A stretch of DNA of 32,000 nt from Acaryochloris marina MBIC11017 (lineage in GTDB: Bacteria > Cyanobacteriota > Cyanobacteriia > Thermosynechococcales > Thermosynechococcaceae): contig NC_009925.1 of the NCBI RefSeq assembly GCF_000018105.1, positions 6,300,001 through 6,332,000 on the forward strand. Direction: 5' to 3'. The notes under the pieces were generated by a model. That model saw only the letters and a program-made list of their open reading frames with translations. It searched no databases and was not told where the DNA came from. The position numbers and the translations under genes were made by a program. The first letter of the stretch is position 1, and every line of letters starts with the position of its first letter. Shown here in pieces: positions 25,811 to 32,000 of the stretch.

Positions 25811-27133
25811 TTACTGAGCTTCACCTAACAGAAAACTAAAATCTGCTGATTGATTATCAGTCGTTTTAGCCCCTTTATGACAACCTAGGCAGCTTGATTG
25901 GAATCCAAAAGGAGAACCCTTCTGGATAAACGTTTCCAGAGTTGTATTAGCCAGAAATGGCGGTGTGCCTTGAGGGGCACCACCCGTCGCCCACTGAGTT
26001 CCAATCAACTCATAGTTGGCCCACACTGAATCCCCCAGTAGTTGTTGGTAATAACGATTCAATTCAGGAGCAGAAGACTCAATAGGAGTGGTCCGAATGA
26101 CTTGCACAGGTGAATTGATGGGAATACCATCTGGATTAAGCTCCTGATAAGGTTTACTAGCAGTCTGTACATTGGGTTTGCACTGAGGACCTTCACAGTT
26201 AGGGTTATAAAAGGAATGGGGTTGCTTTAAACCTTCCGTCTTAATTGTTGGTGCATTATCGACTTGTTCAAAGGTGGACCAAAACCAAGAATTCTGCGAA
26301 GGAGTTTTGTGGATGATATGCATTCCCACTAAGCCGAGCGTTACAGGATTTTTACCAGGACTAGTAGTTTCTTTATTGTCGTTATAGACAATGCCTTGTG
26401 TCGTGTAGAATCGACCCTTATCAATTTCCTGTTGACTCAAAACCTTCCAAGCGGCTTTTATCTCCATCGATCCTGTTTTACCGCAGGGTTTATCACCACA
26501 TGGGCTTGGACTAGATTGAGAACCATCAGGGAAATTAATAGCTTTCCCTTGCTGACCAGCTTGGTTCCAAAGATCATTGCTGACAACGTAGTTATATTCA
26601 TCCAAATTAAGACGTTTTTCCGACCGAACTAATCTCTGATTCTGATCCGTAAGGACACCCCCCACAGCTTCATCAATATCAGGGAATTGCTCCTGTAAGT
26701 TGGCAGAAGCCTTTGAAATGTGTTTAAAGACCTTAGGCCCTTTCAGTTTTTGTGAACACCATTGCTGAGGCGTAGACCCAGAACTCACAAAGACATTTGT
26801 ATCCTCTGAAAAAGTTTCCCACTCGGTAGGGCCATCCCCAGTGAGGATGCTTTTCTCAACATCAGGTTCGCACTTATTTAAATTGGCAGGCCAATTCATC
26901 GCGATAAAGGAGTTCCAGGAAAAGACATCCACATCACTTTGGAATTCACCAAACCTAGGGCATGCATCTGTTGGTTGTTGGGCGAGTTCTGCCGAAATTA
27001 CCGTAGGACAAGTGGAACCTAGACAGGGGGAATTAGTATTACATTCTTGAGGAATAGCTTGGACCGGATCTGATACTAAGAAGATTAAAACTGTCGAAGA
27101 AATTGCAAGAGCCAAGTGGGACAAAGTATTCAT
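25811..27133 (-). CDS. Secreted protein of unknown function with a single C-terminal CXXCH motif (paralogue B)
   Basis: It has a signal peptide (MNTLSHLALAISSTVLIFLVSDPVQA). CLGCH is at 25877..25891. It shares FxWxxFIA(L/M)NWP, KAAW(R/K), TFEQVDN and Y(Q/E)LIGTQ with paralogue A. Confidence 0.8.
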   Translation of the reverse strand: MNTLSHLALAISSTVLIFLVSDPVQAIPQECNTNSPCLGSTCPTVISAELAQQPTDACPRFGEFQSDVDVFSWNSFIAMNWPANLNKCEPDVEKSILTGDGPTEWETFSEDTNVFVSSGSTPQQWCSQKLKGPKVFKHISKASANLQEQFPDIDEAVGGVLTDQNQRLVRSEKRLNLDEYNYVVSNDLWNQAGQQGKAINFPDGSQSSPSPCGDKPCGKTGSMEIKAAWKVLSQQEIDKGRFYTTQGIVYNDNKETTSPGKNPVTLGLVGMHIIHKTPSQNSWFWSTFEQVDNAPTIKTEGLKQPHSFYNPNCEGPQCKPNVQTASKPYQELNPDGIPINSPVQVIRTTPIESSAPELNRYYQQLLGDSVWANYELIGTQWATGGAPQGTPPFLANTTLETFIQKGSPFGFQSSCLGCHKGAKTTDNQSADFSFLLGEAQ

Positions 27134-27184
27134 ATTTCAAAGAACCAAACTCAGTATCTATTCAATGAATAAAATTATGTGTAT

Positions 27185-27607
27185 CTAGTACCCAACTTTT
27201 GAGGTTTTAATAGGCTTAATGCATTGGCCTACGACAGGACTATAGGTTGAGCCTTCAGGACATTCGCATGCACTGGAATTTCCACATTGATTAATATCTT
27301 GAGTACAAATCCCTTGCGGTTTTGTAGCACAACGACTTTTGACTTCAACCCCAGTACCGTCAGCTAGAGCAATATCATCGATGAGACATTTTCCAACAGA
27401 AGAATTATATGAATAGCCTTGTGAGCATGCACAAACACTGGGGTTACCACATGCATTGATGTCACGGGTACAAACTCCAGTAGGTTCTTGTATACAGGGT
27501 CCAATAGGTTTTGCGGATGCTACTGGAGAATATACTAATAGAAGTATGCTCAGCAGTAAGGTGCTGACTATTTTTAAGACTTTTTCAGTTGAGAAATTTT
27601 GACGCAT
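27185..27607 (-). CDS. Small secreted cysteine-rich protein with two EGF-like repeats
   Basis: It has a signal peptide. The two repeats are C-x7-C-x6-C-x5-C-x-C-x12-C (CIQEPTGVCTRDINACGNPSVCACSQGYSYNSSVGKC and CATKPQGICTQDINQCGNSSACECPEGSTYSPVVGQC). It ends 51 bp upstream of paralogue B on the same strand. Confidence 0.7.
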   Translation of the reverse strand: MRQNFSTEKVLKIVSTLLLSILLLVYSPVASAKPIGPCIQEPTGVCTRDINACGNPSVCACSQGYSYNSSVGKCLIDDIALADGTGVEVKSRCATKPQGICTQDINQCGNSSACECPEGSTYSPVVGQCIKPIKTSKVGY

Positions 27608-28029
27608 AGTCTATCTCCTCATCAAAAAAATAGGTATATTTAGGATATTAATATCAATAATTTCCTATAATTTATTTCTATAGCTTCAGCTATATAATTC
27701 TCAAACTAGTCAATTTTTGCGAACTAAATTATCAAGGAAATTTATTTTCATCAGTATGAGTATTTAGTTATAGTCATCCATCTTATGAAATCAGTCGACT
27801 CAATGGATTAATGCTCAATTTTTGGTGAGATTCGAAGTTATTCTATGTATTAAAAGTGAATATGACAATATTATAAATTTTAACTAAATAGCTCTGAGCT
27901 AAATCTAGATTTTTATCTTTGGTCTTATAGATTCATATGCTGTATTTTTGAAATATCATATTTTACCTATATTCAGCTCAATTTTTTGGAAAATTAGCGT
28001 TTAGAAAGATATCAAAAATAAAGTTCTAG

Positions 28030-28117
28030 ACTGAGATATTTAGGTTAATAACAGTAGGAAAAACAAAATAAATGCGGGAGAGAATACAAGTAGCCTATTG
28101 AAATTAGGAAGCTTGTA
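28030..28117 (+). promoter_or_regulatory. Conserved upstream leader shared with 17826..17917
   Basis: See feature 17826..17971. It sits at the end of a ~510-bp, very AT-rich divergent intergenic region. Confidence 0.5.
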
Positions 28118-31066
28118 ATGAGAACTCATCAGTACGCTCATAAGAAACGAGCTTCCCAGTCTGTCCGTACCCCAGTCTCTCGACCTACTGAAGTCCAGGC
28201 ATCAGTGCAACCTGCTCTGATACAGGCGAAATCGAATGAAGAGGGACTGGCTGAACATGCTGAGCGGTTGAGGAAGTTTCAGCGGTTGGGTAATTCAATG
28301 ATGCAAATGGGTCCACCCAGACTTGATAACGATACGACCAGTTCATTACAACCACAACCTTGGATACAGAAGAAGCTGACGATTGGGAAGCCAGGGGATA
28401 AGTATGAACAAGAGGCAGATCGAGTTGCATCTCAAGTGGCTCAACATATCAATGCCCCTACTTTTAAAGAAAACAGTATGAGGGAGTCGATTCAGCGCGA
28501 GAAAGACTTAGAAGGTGTAATGTGCGCGAGAGGTTTTCAAGCTGCCATCCAGCGAAAGCAAGCAATAGAAAGTGGAGAAGCATCACCTGATTTAGAGTCT
28601 GCTATCAGTAGTGCGAGGGGCTGTGGACAGCCATTGGATGCAGGACTGCAACAGTCAATGGGTCAGGCGATGGGTGCAGATTTTAGTGGTGTGCGGGTGC
28701 ATACGGATGCCCAGTCAGATCAATTGAATCAATCCATTCAGGCAAGGGCCTTTACGACGGGACAGGATGTATTTTTTCGTTCAGGAGCTTATAAACCCGG
28801 AAATCGAGGAGGCCAGGAGTTGATTGCTCATGAGTTGACTCATGTGATGCAGCAGAATGGAAAGATGGTGCAGCGACAAAGTGAATGTGAAGAAGAACTC
28901 TTGCAAAGCAAATTTGCTGCTGGTAGGATGCCGACTCAACTCCAAACTACCCACACTCCTAGTGAAAACCGCACGGGGATGCTGGATGCTTTGAATGCGG
29001 AGGATGATGCTTCTTACCAGTGTTTAGCCGGCACTACAGGAACAGCAGCAGTTACTCAAAAAAGTTCTGACCTCAGTCCTGCCTCTCAGTGGGATTTTGC
29101 TAAATATAAAAACGGATTCACATCAGATTTTAATGCAAACGTGCCTATTCAAGCGAAGATCGTTGTAAGTAAGGAACAAATCACCTATCCCGATTGGGAA
29201 AATGCTTACAAGGGGCTAAAGCAGAGCACATCTTTAACTCTGAGTGGAAAATTTACAGATAAAGATGACTGGATGATCCGTTTTGTTTTGTATGCAATGG
29301 ATCAGGAAAACGAAAAATTTGTGAACTTTATGAATTTTGAGGCAGTTGTACTCGATCGAATAACTAAAGGCTGTTGTAACGCTACCCGTCATCGAATTTT
29401 AAGTGGTTTGGAAATCAATAATGACTTTGAAACTCTTTATAATGCATTAACTTCCAGGCAATTTTTCGGAGCCGATGTTGGGAAAGAGACCACTCCCAAG
29501 GAAGCGAAAAATATCTTTAAAAATGCTCTACAGCAAGGTTATCGAAGATTTGATACAGCTTCAATATACACTATGGAAGGTGGAGGATCCACTCTTGAGG
29601 CTTTAATGGCAGCAGCCAAAGAGCTGACAATTTCTCGGGAAGAACTGACCATTCTTTACAAAGTCAAGCCAGAAAAAGGGAAATCTATTGATGGGCAAAT
29701 GGAGAGTTCTAAGAACGCCCTGAGTAATCTTCCTGATATTCTCATGCTGCATGAAATAGATGACATTGAGAAAGCAAAAAAGGATTTAGGGGATTTAATT
29801 GAACTGGTAAAGATAGGAAATTCTAAAGCAGTTGGTGTGAGCAATGTCAACGCAATTTACCTTGATATACTTTACCAATTTTCTCTTCAGAAGCAAGTTC
29901 CAATCACCTATGTCGAAAATCGTTTCACTCCTTATTATCCTGACACAGAGGTCCGGGATTACTGCAAAAAAAATGGTATCAAATATTTAGGTTTTGGGAT
30001 CATCGGAAGCGCACAAAAAGGGGTTTGTGAAAACGATGGACAAGGGCTTCCCTCACAGTATCTTGTTGCATTGATGGATCCTCGTCTCCAGAAACTTGCC
30101 GAGAAATGGGGTCTGAAGAATGAGGCTTCAAATGGGGTAGGTGAATTGCTTTATGCCTGGTCTGCTCATAAAGGAGTGGCTCCTGTGGCTTATTCAAGTG
30201 ATCCTGGACGACAAGCAAAAAATTATGCTGCAAAGAATATCCGACTAACCCGTAAGAACCTAGCAGAAATTGATGCAATCGTCTTGAAGCCTCGGAATAT
30301 CGAAGAAAAAGAATGGGGGGACTCAGAATCTGAAGTAGCTCTCAAGAGTTTATTTGCTTCACTAACACATCCTACTGCCTGGTTTTTGATGAGTGAAGTA
30401 TGTGATTCTGGAGGTGGCAAATTGGTCAATGCCATTGCAATGAGGATTATTGACGAGTTTAAAGAAAGTAAGAAGCAAAAAGAAAAACTTCAAAACTTTG
30501 TTTGGAATTTTATGCGTTTCGCTGCGGATCTGCAAGCTAAGGCAAATCCACAAAGAAAAAAATGGTTCAGTAGTATGAAAGGGCTTTTTCGAGCAATGAG
30601 TGAGGCTGCCCAAAAGTCACCCAAGATATTTGACTTGAGTTATGAATGGGCTATGCGATCTAGTGAAAAAGGAGGCGATGCTCAAAATGCTATTCAGCGA
30701 GTTGAACAGGTTTTAAACGGAGAGTATGTGCCCTCACATGATCCATTGACAGAAAGTGGCAAATCTAACCTTGAGGAAAAGAAAAAAAAGGATGAATTGA
30801 AGGCACTATCCATAAAGGAGGCTAAATTTGAGAAAGTTAGCTTAACTGAGACAATAGAAAATCTAACTATACAAGAGGTAAATAAACAATTTACTCCGGA
30901 AGATGAATCATACAAAATTTTTATGTGGATACCCGATCTGATGAAGATGCAAATTAATGGTAAATCAATCGATGGAACGATTGTCTTGAGCAGGAAGGAA
31001 AAAATAAGATACAAGATCTACGTTCAAAGCAAAAATCCCAAACTCTATCGTTTGGAGAAAATTTAG
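28118..31066 (+). CDS. DUF4157 (HExxH) domain protein, paralogue 3, fused to an aldo/keto-reductase-like domain and an orphan C-terminal region
   Basis: The N-terminal ~250 aa are collinear with paralogues 1 and 2 (HELTH at 28829..28843). About 29455..30290 is AKR-like (GYRRFDTASIY...ILYKVKPE...ILMLHEID...KAVGVSNVN...PITYVENRFTPYYPD...YCKKNGIKYLGFG...LLYAWSAHKGVAPVAYSSDP). Confidence 0.85.
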   Translation: MRTHQYAHKKRASQSVRTPVSRPTEVQASVQPALIQAKSNEEGLAEHAERLRKFQRLGNSMMQMGPPRLDNDTTSSLQPQPWIQKKLTIGKPGDKYEQEADRVASQVAQHINAPTFKENSMRESIQREKDLEGVMCARGFQAAIQRKQAIESGEASPDLESAISSARGCGQPLDAGLQQSMGQAMGADFSGVRVHTDAQSDQLNQSIQARAFTTGQDVFFRSGAYKPGNRGGQELIAHELTHVMQQNGKMVQRQSECEEELLQSKFAAGRMPTQLQTTHTPSENRTGMLDALNAEDDASYQCLAGTTGTAAVTQKSSDLSPASQWDFAKYKNGFTSDFNANVPIQAKIVVSKEQITYPDWENAYKGLKQSTSLTLSGKFTDKDDWMIRFVLYAMDQENEKFVNFMNFEAVVLDRITKGCCNATRHRILSGLEINNDFETLYNALTSRQFFGADVGKETTPKEAKNIFKNALQQGYRRFDTASIYTMEGGGSTLEALMAAAKELTISREELTILYKVKPEKGKSIDGQMESSKNALSNLPDILMLHEIDDIEKAKKDLGDLIELVKIGNSKAVGVSNVNAIYLDILYQFSLQKQVPITYVENRFTPYYPDTEVRDYCKKNGIKYLGFGIIGSAQKGVCENDGQGLPSQYLVALMDPRLQKLAEKWGLKNEASNGVGELLYAWSAHKGVAPVAYSSDPGRQAKNYAAKNIRLTRKNLAEIDAIVLKPRNIEEKEWGDSESEVALKSLFASLTHPTAWFLMSEVCDSGGGKLVNAIAMRIIDEFKESKKQKEKLQNFVWNFMRFAADLQAKANPQRKKWFSSMKGLFRAMSEAAQKSPKIFDLSYEWAMRSSEKGGDAQNAIQRVEQVLNGEYVPSHDPLTESGKSNLEEKKKKDELKALSIKEAKFEKVSLTETIENLTIQEVNKQFTPEDESYKIFMWIPDLMKMQINGKSIDGTIVLSRKEKIRYKIYVQSKNPKLYRLEKI

Positions 31067-31246
31067 GCACAGGTGGGTTAAAGGTAATTTTATAGCTCAG
31101 ATCTTATCCTCAAAAGCTACACGGGAAAGAATACGGTAGCTTGGTAGCCCCGTGACTTTAGTTCGAGTTGGAAAAGCGACTCGAGCGACTTTAGTCGCAT
31201 TAAGCATGGTGAGGGCCATGGCAATATTGAATGGCATTGTCCCCTC

Positions 31247-31891
31247 ATGTTGATAGCTGAATATTTACTGATGACTCCCCAACTCATCTCACTGAAGCCC
31301 AAACCACCAGCCCAAGCCAAGCTGACACCCTCGATAAGCATCGAAGCAACCCCCACATACCCAGACAAGGCATCATTCTCAACCATCGACCGGAAAGATG
31401 ATCTTCCAGTGAAGTGCAAGGCAGCTCCAGAGATTGAAGACGATGATCGCACTACTGGCACCACCACCAGATACGACCAAAGTGAACCCACCGACACACG
31501 GAGAACCCAGCGAGGGTATTCAGCTCGACAAATACCAGGAAGAGTCAGACCTCCCAGAGTATCCAGAGAATTTGAATCCAAATTCCACGCACTCGAGTGC
31601 AGGCAGAAGAATCTGGTTCAGCAGACTAAGCAAAATGGGCAGCTTGAATACTTGGCCGTTTCCCAAAGCAGCTCGGGACACTTCTGGATCACCGTCGAAG
31701 GCAGTGGAAAGCCATTCATCAGAATTCCATTTGATACAGCAGAGTTTTGTTTCGAGAGCGCGTTGGAATTAGAGGACACGTTCGATGTGTTGCAGGTGTT
31801 GAGTCTGCAGCCAGGGGAAATTATTGAGAGAATCGAGGAGATGATTGGGGTGTGGCTGAATCGGGAGCGAGTGGCGAGATGTTGGGGTTGA
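31247..31891 (+). CDS. Hypothetical protein; only the last ~95 codons (31607..31891) are conserved in the partial copies at 19624 and 21892, and the true start is uncertain
   Basis: The ORF is open from 31247, but its N-terminal 120 codons are low-complexity and compete with other frames. The conserved part is KNLVQQTKQNGQLEYLAVSQSSSGHFWITVEGSGKPFIRIPFDTAEFCFESALELEDTFDVLQVLSLQPGEIIERIEEMIGVWLNRERVARCWG. Confidence 0.4.
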   Translation: MLIAEYLLMTPQLISLKPKPPAQAKLTPSISIEATPTYPDKASFSTIDRKDDLPVKCKAAPEIEDDDRTTGTTTRYDQSEPTDTRRTQRGYSARQIPGRVRPPRVSREFESKFHALECRQKNLVQQTKQNGQLEYLAVSQSSSGHFWITVEGSGKPFIRIPFDTAEFCFESALELEDTFDVLQVLSLQPGEIIERIEEMIGVWLNRERVARCWG

Positions 31892-32000
31892 TTGGGACTA
31901 GTCTGGATGGAGCTAATTTGATTGTGATTAATCTATGTGGGACTAATCTCGAAGAGGCTAGGAAAATACTCCTGTTGAAATTAGGGAATCAAATACCTAG
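31879..32000 (+). CDS. Possible pentapeptide-repeat protein, N-terminal fragment (runs off the window)
   Basis: The ATG at 31879 overlaps the end of the previous ORF. The translation MLGLIGTSLDGANLIVINLCGTNLEEARKILLLKLGNQIP contains A(N/D)Lxx-like pentapeptides. It is not in the supplied ORF track because it is truncated. Confidence 0.3.
   Translation, partial: MLGLIGTSLDGANLIVINLCGTNLEEARKILLLKLGNQIP

Noticed and set aside
31100-31250. Short hairpins (GCGAC-TTTA-GTCGC; CGAGT...ACTCG; TGAGGGCCAT...ATGGC..CCCCTCA) downstream of paralogue 3, considered as an RNA gene or terminator
   Set aside because: The stems are short and imperfect, no U-tract follows, and no known RNA family is recognisable. 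I note them only.
31117-31581. 154-aa minus-strand ORF and the 112-aa + strand ORF 31434..31772
   Set aside because: They compete with ORF 31247..31891 in a GC-richer, stop-poor stretch, and none has a motif. Only the segment conserved in the other two loci (31607..31891, frame of 31247) has comparative support.

Overview
Accessory, mobile-DNA-rich region that looks cyanobacterial: two HIP1 palindromes (GCGATCGC) at 3198 and 3251, and typical IS families. All calls come from reading the sequence and ORF translations by eye; no searches were run.

Left part (1-17.1 kb):
- The 3' end of a group II intron (HNH tail of the intron-encoded protein, domains V and VI) sits inside a Tn3-family transposase gene.
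- An ordinary-looking block follows: VOC/glyoxalase, AraC regulator, small membrane protein, MDR oxidoreductase.
- Then an IS21-family istAB element.
- A 1477-aa inverse-autotransporter-type adhesin has a beta-helix passenger and 90-bp tandem repeats.
- An istB pseudogene follows.
- An IS256-family element is split by an IS4-family element with perfect 18-bp inverted repeats and a 10-bp target duplication.

Right part (about 17.1-31.9 kb, visibly AT-richer) is the most interesting:
- Three paralogous genes share a conserved N-terminal DUF4157-type HExxH module and then switch, right after HELTHVxQQ, to unrelated C-terminal modules.
- The three C-terminal modules are an orphan domain; a second DUF4157 plus a caspase-like His/Cys domain; and an aldo/keto-reductase-like domain plus an orphan tail.
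- Each gene is followed by a full or partial copy of a ~285-bp unit. The middle gene is bracketed by the two halves of that unit in circularly permuted order.
- Between these genes lie a membrane alpha/beta hydrolase, two paralogous secreted proteins with a single C-terminal CXXCH, and a small secreted Cys-rich protein with two EGF-like repeats.

No contractile-injection, T6SS or other delivery-machinery genes are visible in the window.
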